32,000 bases of DNA, taken from the NCBI RefSeq assembly GCF_000022265.1, contig NC_011979.1, positions 3,000,001 through 3,032,000 of the forward strand, written 5' to 3'. The notes below the pieces were generated by a model. It was not told the DNA's origin. It was given only the letters and a program-made list of their open reading frames with translations, and did not search any database. Of the stretch, positions 15,851-25,430 are shown in pieces. Position 1 is the stretch's first letter, and the number at the start of each line of letters is the position of its first letter. The position numbers and the translations under genes are program-made. The stretch comes from Geotalea daltonii FRC-32 (GTDB lineage: Bacteria > Desulfobacterota > Desulfuromonadia > Geobacterales > Geobacteraceae).

Positions 15851-17200
15851 ATGGAACTTGCAGGATTAAAGCGCGCCTTCCGTAAAGCCGTCGTCGCAGC
15901 TGCTTTACTTATCACAGGTTGCGGTTCCAATGCCTCACCCCAACAAGCCACTTCAGCAGCTGTAAACATAGACCCTGCCGCACTTATTGCCACCATCACC
16001 GCCAGCCTCCAGCAGTCCACTGCAAGAGAGCTTGCCGGCTGGGAATGGAGCAGGTTCGTCAGCAGTTTCGGCTCCCTGTTGACCGGCAAGAAGTTCAATC
16101 TGCAGTTGCAAAAGGTTACCTATTCATCGACTGGCGCCAACGGATCAACCCAGACCCTGACCGGTCTGCTCATCCTGCCGGTGGGGAGCGATGGGACCAA
16201 GCCGGCAGTGCCTATTCTCATGTACCAGCACGGAACCGAGACCTTTCGTCAATTTTCCCCATCCCAGTTCCTGGCCCATCAGGATCGGCCGGCAGATTAT
16301 CCTGAAGTCATGGTGGCTGCGTCCATCGCGGCCAACGGGTATGCTGTTGCCATGGCCGATTATGAGGGTATGGGGGACAATACAAGCCTTCAGCCTTACC
16401 TGGTGGGAACGCCACTGGCCACGCAAGTGATCGATATGCTGAAGGCGAGCCGGGACATTATTGCTTCCATAAATTCCACCTGCGCCTGGAATAATCAACT
16501 GTTCCTGCTTGGCTATTCCGAAGGTGGTTATGTAACCATGACCACGGCCAGGGAGCTGCAGCTGCGCCATGCCGGGGAGTTTACCATCACTGCCTCCGCT
16601 CCGCTCTCAGGCCCCTATGATGTTTCCGGTGTCATGCGCGGCGTCATGTTGTCGGATAACCCATTCAAGGCTCCTTTTTTCCTCCCGTTTGTTCTGACCG
16701 CCTATAACTATGCATATGGAGGAAGGACAGAGCTGTTCAGCCCGGCTGTGTCGATGAAGCCGCCGTTCAGTACCACCTTGCCACCGCTGTTTGCGGGCAC
16801 GACCGAATCGGACAGGATTAACGAGGCAATGGGGATGAGCTACAACCCGGTGCAGCTTATCGTGCCGAAAAGTATTCTGACGCAGCAGTTCATGGATCAC
16901 CTGGGTAACGTCAGCAGCCCGGTGGTAACAATTCTTGTCGAAAACGATGCATACCGCGGGTGGGCTCCCACATCGCCCATGCGCCTTATCCACCATCCTA
17001 ACGATGAGTTGGTGCCTTTTGCCAATTCCCAAGTGGCTTTCAATGCTTTCAGTACTGCCGGTGCTAAAAGTGTTGTATCGCTGATGCCGGAAGCAGCTGT
17101 TGTGGATGTATCCGGCAATCCTGTACAGACAGTGCATTTTGGCGCTGCCTTCCCGGAATTGAGCGATGGCTGGAAATTCCTCGATGGTTTCAAGAAGTGA
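15851..17200 (+). CDS. Lipoprotein alpha/beta-hydrolase, secretory-lipase-like
   Basis: ORF track 15662..17200. The ATG at 15851 follows GGATGGAGG. Lipobox LLITGC. Nucleophile motif GYSEGG (GxSxG). Confidence 0.75.
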   Translation: MELAGLKRAFRKAVVAAALLITGCGSNASPQQATSAAVNIDPAALIATITASLQQSTARELAGWEWSRFVSSFGSLLTGKKFNLQLQKVTYSSTGANGSTQTLTGLLILPVGSDGTKPAVPILMYQHGTETFRQFSPSQFLAHQDRPADYPEVMVAASIAANGYAVAMADYEGMGDNTSLQPYLVGTPLATQVIDMLKASRDIIASINSTCAWNNQLFLLGYSEGGYVTMTTARELQLRHAGEFTITASAPLSGPYDVSGVMRGVMLSDNPFKAPFFLPFVLTAYNYAYGGRTELFSPAVSMKPPFSTTLPPLFAGTTESDRINEAMGMSYNPVQLIVPKSILTQQFMDHLGNVSSPVVTILVENDAYRGWAPTSPMRLIHHPNDELVPFANSQVAFNAFSTAGAKSVVSLMPEAAVVDVSGNPVQTVHFGAAFPELSDGWKFLDGFKK

Positions 17201-17273
17201 CATCTTGGATAAATTTGACAAACCCCATTACGCCAGTATTATTTCCACTGACATTTCTGACCTGTTATTCGCA

Positions 17274-17300
17274 TCCCTCCCTTCGGGAGAGGGAATTTTA
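17274..17300 (+). terminator. Hairpin with a C(UUCG)G tetraloop and a short U-tract after the lipase gene
   Basis: CCCTCCC-TTCG-GGAGAGGG (one bulged A) followed by AATTTTA. The T-run is weak, so termination efficiency is uncertain. Confidence 0.45.
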
Positions 17301-17317
17301 CTTCTAAGGAGGCACAT

Positions 17318-17785
17318 ATGAAAAAGGTTCTGTTGTTATTGGCTTTAACCATTGCCCTGACAGGCAGTGCATTCGCAGGCCAGGCTGCCCAGAACACCGG
17401 TTGCGGCCTGGGGACCTTGCTCTGGCAAAACAAGGCCGATAACTCCATCCTGTTCCAGGCATTCCAGGCTACCACGAACGGATCGTTCGGCAATCAGACC
17501 TTCGGCATTTCCTCCGGCACCTTGGACTGTCAGCAACCCTCCAAATTCGTCCAGAACGAGAAGCTCATGCACTTTGTCCAGTCCAATATGGACAATCTGG
17601 CTAAAGATATGGCCATGGGGAAAGGTGAGACCCTGGACACCTTTGCCGAAATGCTCGGTGTCGCTCCGTGGCAGCAGGCTTCCTTTAACACAAAGGTCCA
17701 GGCCAACTTCGGCAAGATATTCACTTCTGAAAAAGTTGTCCTGGCAGAGGTGATCGACAATACCATCACCGTCATGAACAACTGA
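17318..17785 (+). CDS. DUF3015 family secreted protein
   Basis: AAGGAGG upstream. Signal peptide MKKVLLLLALTIALTGSAFA. GCGLGTLLW...FQATTNGSFGNQTFGISSGTLDC matches the DUF3015 pattern as I remember it. Confidence 0.8.
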   Translation: MKKVLLLLALTIALTGSAFAGQAAQNTGCGLGTLLWQNKADNSILFQAFQATTNGSFGNQTFGISSGTLDCQQPSKFVQNEKLMHFVQSNMDNLAKDMAMGKGETLDTFAEMLGVAPWQQASFNTKVQANFGKIFTSEKVVLAEVIDNTITVMNN

Positions 17786-17803
17786 CCAGCCAAATCAATT
17801 GAA

Positions 17804-17841
17804 GCAAAGGTAGACAGCATGTTGTCTACCTTTGCTTGTCT
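17804..17841 (+). terminator. Terminator-like hairpin after the DUF3015 gene
   Basis: GCAAAGGTAGACA (17804-17816) pairs with TGTCTACCTTTGC (17823-17835), a 13-bp perfect stem. The tail TTGTCTT is only moderately T-rich. Confidence 0.5.
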
Positions 17842-17856
17842 TAGCGGATATGAATA

Positions 17857-19776
17857 GTGATCTTTTCTTTACCTTTCCCCCCTCTGTCGCTGCTACTTTC
17901 ACTCCTCTTAAGTATTTCTGTTTGCCCCATATTCTCGGCGCAGGCCAAGGCTGAAACTGAGCCGCACATGGATAGCATATTGGTGCGGGCTGGCCAGCTC
18001 AAGCTTGACGAGGAACGAACGTGGGAGGTGCTGCTCCACTATACCAAAACCTATGGGGGAGGGTATAAAAGCAGGATCGATGATGGGAAGTTTTTCCTGG
18101 CCCCGAACGGCAGGACCGACAAAAAGGCCGAACTTGAAGCTACCGTGAAAAGCTTTTTCAAAACTGCCAAGGACGGAGAGCATACCGCTTGCCGTTTTCC
18201 GGCACGTTACGAGTGGCTCAAAGAAAAACTGTGGATTGATCCGGCACAGCTGCCGGCGTTTACCTGTTCTGAAAAGGATAAGATCTTCAAGGAAGTGGGT
18301 GCAAAATCGGCGGTGCTGGTCTTTCCCGTGGGCCATATCAACAGCCCGGCATCCATGTTCGGCCATACCCTGTTGCGCATTGACGGCAGCAGTCAAAGCA
18401 ACCTTGTATCATATGCTGCGAATTATGCTGCCATTACCACCGACAGCAATGGCCTGGTCTATGCCTGGAAAGGGCTGTTCGGCCTGTACCAGGGCTTTTA
18501 CTCCATAAATCCATATTACCTGAAGGTGAAGGAGTACAACGACCTTGAACACCGTGACATGTGGGAATACCGACTGAAATTATCCGAAGATGAGGTCAGG
18601 CGGATGCTGAACCACATCTGGGAGCTGCAGAATATCCATTCACCCTATTATTTCTTTGACGAGAACTGTTCTTACAATCTGCTTTTCCTCATCGAGTCGG
18701 CCCGCCCGGAACTGCACCTGACAGACAGGGCAGGTATTTTTGTCCTGCCAACCAATACCATCAATATTGCCATGGAAAAGGGACTCCTGGAGAGTGCCCG
18801 TTATCGGCCCTCCCAAGGCACGAGGATCAGAAAGATTCTCTCCCTCCTGGACCGGGCGGACCAGCAGTTGGCATTCAATATGGCCATGGGAACAAAAACC
18901 CCGGAGGTTCTGAGGGGAGTTGATCGAGCGGACGTGATAAAGATCAAGGTACTGGATCTGGCCGCCGAGTTCGTTCAGTTCAGGCTGTCGAGGGAAGAAA
19001 TAGACAAGACTGCTTATTCCGGGCTGTACCTGAAGATTCTGGCGGAGAGAAGTCGCCTGGGAGCGGCTCCCGACGATTTGTACAAGCTGCGTGAGCCATC
19101 GACGCCAGAAACAGGTCATCGAACTACCAGGGTATCAGTGGGGGGAGGGATACGAAAGGGTGAGCCATACGGCGAGGTCAGGCTTCAACCGGAGTTTCAC
19201 GCTCTGCTCGATCCTGACCAGGGATACCTCAGGGGGGCGCAGATCAAGTTTCTGGACACTGCTTTAAAATACAATTTTTCCACGGATAAGCTGCAGCTCA
19301 GGTACCTTCACGTCATCGACATCTTCTCCATCGCTCCCAGAGACGTCTTTTTCAAGCCAAAGTCCTGGAAGGTCAATGCCGGACTGGAAAGGGAAGCCAT
19401 GGCAAGCGGAGAGGACCACCTCATTGGCCGGCTCAATACCGGCGGTGGCTACGCCTATGATTCACCATTCAACGGCATCATGTACTTGTTTGGTGAAGTA
19501 GATATCAACGGGGGTGGTGGAATCAGAGCCGGAGTTACAGTTGGTCCCGGAATCAGCATTGGCGATGTGGAACAGCTGACCGACTGGTGGAAACTTCATC
19601 TTTCAGCCAGAGGTTTCATCTATAAAGTCGGAGATGATCGCCATAGCCTCAAGTTTTCCCTCGGGCAAAACTTCCGCCTGAGCAGGAACAACAGTATCAA
19701 CATCGAATGCTCCCAGGAATTCGTCAACAGTCATTCCATACCAGAAGCCTCAATATTCTGGAATCATTACTTTTGA
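17857..19776 (+). CDS. DUF4105 (Lnb N-terminal-like) domain protein with a probable C-terminal outer-membrane beta-barrel
   Basis: GTG start (the only start after the in-frame stop). Signal peptide ...PIFSAQA. DUF4105-like core ACRFPARYEWL...VFPVGHINSPASMFGHTLLRIDG...YYFFDENCSYNLLFLIE. The C-terminal third has alternating hydrophobic beta-strands and ends in WNHYF, an aromatic terminal Phe typical of OMPs. Confidence 0.8.
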   Translation: MIFSLPFPPLSLLLSLLLSISVCPIFSAQAKAETEPHMDSILVRAGQLKLDEERTWEVLLHYTKTYGGGYKSRIDDGKFFLAPNGRTDKKAELEATVKSFFKTAKDGEHTACRFPARYEWLKEKLWIDPAQLPAFTCSEKDKIFKEVGAKSAVLVFPVGHINSPASMFGHTLLRIDGSSQSNLVSYAANYAAITTDSNGLVYAWKGLFGLYQGFYSINPYYLKVKEYNDLEHRDMWEYRLKLSEDEVRRMLNHIWELQNIHSPYYFFDENCSYNLLFLIESARPELHLTDRAGIFVLPTNTINIAMEKGLLESARYRPSQGTRIRKILSLLDRADQQLAFNMAMGTKTPEVLRGVDRADVIKIKVLDLAAEFVQFRLSREEIDKTAYSGLYLKILAERSRLGAAPDDLYKLREPSTPETGHRTTRVSVGGGIRKGEPYGEVRLQPEFHALLDPDQGYLRGAQIKFLDTALKYNFSTDKLQLRYLHVIDIFSIAPRDVFFKPKSWKVNAGLEREAMASGEDHLIGRLNTGGGYAYDSPFNGIMYLFGEVDINGGGGIRAGVTVGPGISIGDVEQLTDWWKLHLSARGFIYKVGDDRHSLKFSLGQNFRLSRNNSINIECSQEFVNSHSIPEASIFWNHYF

Positions 19777-19980
19777 TCAGGTAAGTATGTATCCCGGTAC
19801 ACCGGTCTGTGCGTATACCAACCCCGATTTTCTTCATCAAGCTATACAGGGAAAGAAATTCTTTCTCCAAAATTCACTTTATCAGGTAAAAGTTAGCCTT
19901 GAAAAAGGTGTGATTGTCTGTATGATCGAGCTTTAATCAACCTCATGCGGCTCATTACCGCAGTATGCAATGGAGATGGC

Positions 19981-20811
19981 ATGCCTATTAAAACACTTGA
20001 TCTTAACTATGCGGCTTACGAGCGGAATTTTAATTACAGAATGGGCTTTGACACTGCCTACCACACTCAAAACTTCATCTATAGCAATCTGGTTAATGGG
20101 GTCTTCGTCGATCCCCCCATGGTGCAGGTGTTGACCCAGTTCCTGCAGCCGGGAGATACTTTTATGGACATCGGGAGTCATATCGGCTACTACTCCCTGC
20201 TCGCCCGGCAAGTTATAGGTGTTTCCGGACGAGTGTTCGCCTTTGAGCCGAATCCAGCTACATTCAGCGTGCTTGTTCTCAACAGCCTGTTGAACAACCT
20301 TGGTAATCTACATGCCTTCAACTGTGCTTTAGCCGACCAGCCCGGTATTGCCACCCTTCATATCAACCAATCGGACGAGGGGTTGTCATCTCTCCACAAG
20401 CCGGCTGACAGCGGGCTTTCACCAGCAGAACAAAAGAGCGTAATGGTAACGGCCATGACTCTCGATCAGCTCTATGACCTTTATTCCTTTACCCGCGTAC
20501 AGGTCGTAAAAATAGACGTTGAAGGCTACGAGTGGCAAGTGATTCAAGGTGGTGCCAGGTTTTTTAAAGAGTGTGCACCGCCGTTCATTGTCTTCGAAGT
20601 AAACAATATGGACGATTCTCGCGTCAGCGACGACTTTGTCATACGCAACCACTTCCATGCCATGGGCTACCACGCCTATTTGATACGTCCCTGGCCTGCT
20701 AATGCCGATAGCGAGGAACAGTTCAGGGATAAAGCGGTGTTGCCTCTGGCCAGCAATGTGAGACTGAATATCGGCTATGGCAATATTCTGCTCAGTAAGC
20801 ATGTTCTATAG
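19981..20811 (+). CDS. FkbM family SAM-dependent methyltransferase
   Basis: ORF track 19945..20811. The ATG at 19981 follows GGAGATGG. Motifs: FMDIGSHIGYYS, VFAFEPNP, VKIDVEGYEWQVIQG. Confidence 0.8.
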   Translation: MPIKTLDLNYAAYERNFNYRMGFDTAYHTQNFIYSNLVNGVFVDPPMVQVLTQFLQPGDTFMDIGSHIGYYSLLARQVIGVSGRVFAFEPNPATFSVLVLNSLLNNLGNLHAFNCALADQPGIATLHINQSDEGLSSLHKPADSGLSPAEQKSVMVTAMTLDQLYDLYSFTRVQVVKIDVEGYEWQVIQGGARFFKECAPPFIVFEVNNMDDSRVSDDFVIRNHFHAMGYHAYLIRPWPANADSEEQFRDKAVLPLASNVRLNIGYGNILLSKHVL

Positions 20812-20871
20812 CGGAATTTATAGAAGGCGGGCGCTTGTCACTGAACAGATCGGAAAAAAATGGAACCAACG

Positions 20872-21336
20872 ATGAAAATATGGATCGATGCCGATGCCTG
20901 CCCGCGTGTCATCAAGGAGATCGTCTTCAGGGCGTCCGGGAGGTTGAAGATTGCTGTCTGCCTGGTGGCCAACAAGAGCCTGGCAAAGCATGAGACCCGC
21001 CTGGTCCGGTGTGTCGTGGTAGGGGAGGGCTTCGACGTTGCCGACGATTACATTGCCGACAATGCTGCTCCTGAAGACCTGGTAATTACGGCGGATATAC
21101 CCCTTGCGGCCAGAATCGTCGCCAAAGGTGGCGTGGCCCTGGATCCACGGGGAGAGCCCTATACGGAAGACAATGTGGGGGAGCGGCTATCAATGCGCGA
21201 CCTGATGGCGGAACTCCGTGCTGGAGGGCTCCTGCAGGGAGGTCCCGCCCAGTTCAGCCTGACCGATCGGCAACGATTCGCTTCGTCCTTGGATCGTCTG
21301 CTTACCCGGATGGTTCGAGGAGAGAAACCGTTGTGA
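20872..21336 (+). CDS. yaiI: YaiI/YqxD family protein (UPF0178, DUF188)
   Basis: ORF track 20860..21336. Family members typically begin MKIWxDADACP, which is found here at 20872 ([16 protein letters not shown]). The family-typical pattern continues through [27 protein letters not shown]. Confidence 0.85.
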   Translation: MKIWIDADACPRVIKEIVFRASGRLKIAVCLVANKSLAKHETRLVRCVVVGEGFDVADDYIADNAAPEDLVITADIPLAARIVAKGGVALDPRGEPYTEDNVGERLSMRDLMAELRAGGLLQGGPAQFSLTDRQRFASSLDRLLTRMVRGEKPL

Positions 21337-21603
21337 GATGATTACTTGTGCGGAGGATTGTTACTACCTGGAAGGGGGATCAATGCAACTTTTAAACTAT
21401 ACCCTGAAAAATTTTTTTTAAACAGCCTGTTTTTTAAATTTTTCGGTGTTAAATTAAAATCAGCAGGAAGGAAGTAGAAACTGCATAAAGGAGGATAATC
21501 TTATAGACGATACTCCACCAGGCAGGTTAAATAAAAGGCAAGTTGCATAGATCCGGAGTTAATAAGAGCCGGAACAGACCTTGAAAAGGTATCCAAGATT
21601 CAG

Positions 21604-21645
21604 AATAAAAAGAAGCCCACCTAACGCTGGTGGGCTTTTCATTTT
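21604..21645. terminator. Bidirectional rho-independent terminator
   Basis: AAGCCCACC (21613-21621) pairs with GGTGGGCTT (21629-21637). It is flanked by AATAAAAAG on one side and TTCATTTT on the other. It lies 22 nt past the srkA stop and is the only terminator downstream of yaiI. Confidence 0.75.
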
Positions 21646-21659
21646 GTCGATCCGATATT

Positions 21660-22643
21660 TTACGGCAACTCCAGCGGCGGTTCTTCAAGGGCCGCCAGTT
21701 GTTCGCGCAGCTCCAGAATGTGCTCACCCCAGTAGCGTATGGTGTTGAACCATGGGAAGGTGCGGGGGAAAATGGGGTCTTGCCAGCGGCGCGCAAGCCA
21801 GGCGCTGTAATGGAGCATGCGCAGAGCACGCAGGGCGCCGATCAGCCGCAGCTCTGCCGGATTGAAGTCGCAGAACTCGTTGTATCCTTCGATAAGGGCC
21901 GCCATCTGGGCCGTCTGGCGCGGCCGCTCGCCTGAGAGCATCATCCACAGATCCTGCACCGCCGGAGCCATCCGGCTGTCGTCGAAGTCGACAAAGTGGG
22001 GCGCCCCGCCTCTCCAGAGGATATTGCCGCTGTGGCAGTCGCCATGGACGCGGATGGCACGGAAGGGCACTTCTACCATGGTCCGATCGATGGACGTCAA
22101 TAATTGCTCAGTCAGGGCAGTGTAGCTGTCACGGTACTCTTCTGGAATGAATTTATTACTGAGGAAAGCCACACTGGCATGCCCAAAGCTTTGGCTATCC
22201 AGGGCGGGCCGATGCTGAAAACTGCGAATTGCGCCAATGCGATGGATTCTGCCCAGCAACCGTCCCAGGATAAGCAGGTTGTCCAGGTTATCGAACTCAG
22301 GTGCATGGCCTCCCTGGCGCGGATACAGGGCGAAGCGAAAGCCGTCGTAGTGGAAGAGGCTTTCACCGCCAGTATTTGTATATGGGGCGACTACCGGCAG
22401 TTCATGTTCGGCCAGTTCGAAACAGAAGGTGTGCTCTTCGATGATCTGGCTGTCGCTCCAGCGGCCGGGGCGGTAGAACTTGGCAATTATGGGCTCGCCG
22501 TCTTCGATCCCCACCTGGTAAACACGGTTCTCGTAGCTGTTCAGGGCCAGGGTGCGGCAATCGCAGCGATAGCCCTGGCTTTCGACGGCGTCCATTATGA
22601 AGGTGGGGGTGAGGGTGTGAAACGGGTGTGGGCTTGCAGTCAT
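21660..22643 (-). CDS. srkA: Stress-response Ser/Thr kinase SrkA (YihE/RdoA family, APH fold)
   Basis: ORF track 21660..22694. The ATG at 22643 follows GGAGCGAG. LNSYENRVYQV...PIIAKFYRPGRWS is the family N-terminus. Catalytic loop VHGDCHSGNILW, then FVDFDD. Confidence 0.85.
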   Translation of the reverse strand: MTASPHPFHTLTPTFIMDAVESQGYRCDCRTLALNSYENRVYQVGIEDGEPIIAKFYRPGRWSDSQIIEEHTFCFELAEHELPVVAPYTNTGGESLFHYDGFRFALYPRQGGHAPEFDNLDNLLILGRLLGRIHRIGAIRSFQHRPALDSQSFGHASVAFLSNKFIPEEYRDSYTALTEQLLTSIDRTMVEVPFRAIRVHGDCHSGNILWRGGAPHFVDFDDSRMAPAVQDLWMMLSGERPRQTAQMAALIEGYNEFCDFNPAELRLIGALRALRMLHYSAWLARRWQDPIFPRTFPWFNTIRYWGEHILELREQLAALEEPPLELP

Positions 22644-22864
22644 TGGTTCTCGCTCCAAGCGTTTAATGGTCCGGATGAGCCACCATACCATCATTTTCCG
22701 CCGGAACCAAGGGGAAGCGCCGTCATGTTTGCCAACATACGTTCATACTGGAGAAGAAGTACCGCCCATTTGCCTGGTTCCTTTGGGTCACCGGGATTGT
22801 TAATTTGTTTTTATTTAATATAATAATATCGCTCCCCGGTGATCAATTTGCATGGACAGGGGGA

Positions 22865-24088
22865 ATGATGTCCAGGTTACGGTATGCTGGCATGTCAGCA
22901 CTGTGGATTACGGCAGTGGCAATTTTTTTTGGTGCCATCTGCGTCTGCCCGTCTGTCTCTGCCGGCGGATCGTCAACCGGTAACTCTCCACCGGCAGGGG
23001 GTCCTGTTGCGGGTATGCCTGATTGGTTGACCGATGGCAATATACTCTTCACGCTGCTTCTTGGTGCAACCCTTTTCTCCTATAGCCTGATAATTGCTGC
23101 AATCATAGCAGGTCTGCTCCTTTATCTCCTCATCTTCTATTTTCTTCACAGGGCGGAAAAGTACGGCTGGATCTTCTCCGATCGGCGGATGGTCGACCGG
23201 CTTGTTGCTCCAGCCCGTGTCATGCTGCCGTTGTTATGCGTCATCATCATATCTCCCTATCTGATGTTCCAGGTCAAAATAAATGAGTTTCTCCAGCATC
23301 TGTTCGAGATCTCACTGATCGCCTCCTGTACCTGGCTGCTCATGAGCCTGGTTCTGGGACTTCAGGATGTCATTCTCAGCAGGTATGATCTGATGGTGCA
23401 TGACAACCTGAAGGCCCGAGTCGTTCATACCCAGGTGAACGTTCTAGTCAAGATTGTACTTGTTGTCTTTCTCATTCTGGCTTTTGCCTTGGCACTGACC
23501 ACTTTCGAGCAGATCAGGCGCATTGGTATCAGCATCCTTGCCTCCGCGGGCATTATCGGTGTGATTGCCGGCATCGGGGCACAGAGATCCATAGCCCACA
23601 TTTTCGCCGGAATCCAGATAGCGTTATCCCAGCCGATCCGGATAGACGATGTGGTCATTGTCGAGGGGGAATGGGGAATAATTGAAGAAATCACCCTTAC
23701 CTATGTGGTGGTAAGGATCTGGGACTTGCGGCACCTGGTTGTGCCCATCACCTATTTTCTCGAAAAACCTTTTCAGAACTGGACGCGTGCCACCGCTCAA
23801 TTGCTGGGAACTGTCCTGATTTATGCCGATTATACGGTACCGGTAGAAGAACTCCGGGCAGAGCTGAAACATATCCTCGACAAGACGCCGAAATGGAACG
23901 GACAAGCATGGGCGCTGCATGTAACCGATGCTAAAGAGCGCTCACTTGAACTGCGGGCTTTGGTCAGCGCCGACAACGCAGGAAACCTCTGGGAGCTGCG
24001 CTGCCATGTGCGCGAAAAGCTGGTTGAGTTCATGACGAAAAAACACCCGAAAAGTCTGCCTCGTTTCAGGGCAGACTTGGGGAGCTAG
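22865..24088 (+). CDS. Mechanosensitive ion channel family protein (MscS-like)
   Basis: ORF track 22805..24088. ATGATG at 22865/22868 follows AGGGGGA. Multi-TM N-terminus. The pore helix plus beta-domain signature is GIIGVIAGIGAQRSIAHIFAGIQIALSQPIRIDDVVIVEGEWGIIEEITLTYVVVRIWD. Confidence 0.85.
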   Translation: MMSRLRYAGMSALWITAVAIFFGAICVCPSVSAGGSSTGNSPPAGGPVAGMPDWLTDGNILFTLLLGATLFSYSLIIAAIIAGLLLYLLIFYFLHRAEKYGWIFSDRRMVDRLVAPARVMLPLLCVIIISPYLMFQVKINEFLQHLFEISLIASCTWLLMSLVLGLQDVILSRYDLMVHDNLKARVVHTQVNVLVKIVLVVFLILAFALALTTFEQIRRIGISILASAGIIGVIAGIGAQRSIAHIFAGIQIALSQPIRIDDVVIVEGEWGIIEEITLTYVVVRIWDLRHLVVPITYFLEKPFQNWTRATAQLLGTVLIYADYTVPVEELRAELKHILDKTPKWNGQAWALHVTDAKERSLELRALVSADNAGNLWELRCHVREKLVEFMTKKHPKSLPRFRADLGS

Positions 24089-24135
24089 CGCCAAGGTTGT
24101 GGAATTGAGGTGACTTGTAATGCACAGGTGCTGGT

Positions 24136-24273
24136 TCAGTCTCCCGTGGCCCTCTCAAGTGCTCTTCCACCACTCTTGATATCCTCTCCAGCCCCTTGAA
24201 CGGTATGACAGCCGGTCAGTGCCCACACGCACGTAAGGATTATGACAACAGTTCCCATGATTTTCTGTGCCAT
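24136..24273 (-). CDS. Entericidin A/B family lipoprotein (45 aa, below the ORF-track size cutoff)
   Basis: Hand translation gives MAQKIMGTVVIILTCVWALTGCHTVQGAGEDIKSGGRALERATGD. AAGGAG lies 6 nt upstream. Lipobox LTGC. The post-Cys motif xT-x-x-G-x-G-E-D-I-x-x-G-G is shared with EcnA/EcnB. Confidence 0.75.
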   Translation of the reverse strand: MAQKIMGTVVIILTCVWALTGCHTVQGAGEDIKSGGRALERATGD

Positions 24274-24325
24274 TAATTTCTCCTTTTTGCTAATTATTAA
24301 ATATGGCTAATACAAAATAAACCAC

Positions 24326-24355
24326 AAAAAAAAGTCCCCGTCAATGGCGAGGACT
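24326..24355 (-). terminator. Rho-independent terminator after the SNase-like gene
   Basis: Minus strand reads AGUCCUCG-loop-CGGGGACU (one G-U pair) followed by eight U. It starts 23 nt downstream of the stop at 24378. Confidence 0.8.
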
Positions 24356-24377
24356 TTGTCAACATGCGGGCCTTTCC

Positions 24378-24989
24378 CTAGGCGGCAGCAGCGGCGGATG
24401 GACTTTCATACCTCTTGCCTGGTTGCAGAGAGCCAATAAGCAGCGCTTCCTTCATCTTCCACAGCTTTATGAACTCCCAGGGAGGTTGGGGATTATCCTG
24501 TTTCCATAGTCCGCGGCGCTCTCCCCTGGCCTGTTCTTCGGCTTTCCCGTACTCAGTAGCCAGAATTCCCTTTGAACGGGACTGATGAGCCCAGGCCAAA
24601 CCTTCCCGTACCATTTCCAGCCCGATATTTCGCTTGTCCAGCCGTATTATTCCCATCTGTTTTTCTGAACGACCTTCATTTCCGATTATCTCGACCTTTA
24701 CCTTTTGGTTTTGCAGTTTGCCCTTTAGAGCCTGAAATGCTTCTTCCCCGAAAAGTTGTCCCGGTCTCTTCAACATTCCCGTTTGCGCATCTCTTTTCTC
24801 CTTTTTAGGAGAATCAATCCCGTAAAGGTGAATCTTTATCTTTTCGCCGGAGGGAATAGTGACCGCAACGGTGTCGCCGCTAAAGACATCGGAGACAATA
24901 CCTTCCAGCACTGGCTCTTTTGCCGGGGCAGGGGAAGCAGCACAGATTGCCAGTAAACAGAGGCAGACCTTTTTCAAAAAATGTCGCAT
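24378..24989 (-). CDS. Thermonuclease (SNase-like) family protein, secreted
   Basis: ORF track 24378..25046. ATG at 24989 (MRHFLKKVCLCLLAICAASPAPA signal peptide). Motifs: GDTVAV...IHLYGIDSPK, GEEAFQALKGKL, VREGLAW, ARGERRGLW. Confidence 0.8.
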   Translation of the reverse strand: MRHFLKKVCLCLLAICAASPAPAKEPVLEGIVSDVFSGDTVAVTIPSGEKIKIHLYGIDSPKKEKRDAQTGMLKRPGQLFGEEAFQALKGKLQNQKVKVEIIGNEGRSEKQMGIIRLDKRNIGLEMVREGLAWAHQSRSKGILATEYGKAEEQARGERRGLWKQDNPQPPWEFIKLWKMKEALLIGSLQPGKRYESPSAAAAA

Positions 24990-25430
24990 ATTTTGTATTA
25001 CCTCGGAGAGGTTGTTGAAAAACGTCATGAGGAGGTCGCCATGCAAGACTCAAGCGAGCGGCACCGCAGCAGAGCTACCTTTTAGGCCCCGCGGGTCCGC
25101 AATAGTTTTTTCAACAACCTGCTACACGGGATTTGCCTTGGAACAATGACAACTGGATGACTCTATTCCTCATTAGAAAAATTGGCAACAATTTTTTGAA
25201 GTCCCGCACCTTCTTTGTCGGATGCCGATAAAGCTTTTGTTGATACATGATTGCATATAACTGCGGGCAGGTAAGTATTTACTTCGATAAGTCCATACGG
25301 CGCTCTTTCACATTATCTGTTCTCATTTCAAAGACCGGGAATTCCCGTAGGTATGGTTTGGTTTTCATTTTACAACGATCCCCGTTTTTGCTAGGATGTG
25401 AGCCGCAATCCAGCTGTAAAAAAGGTTTCC

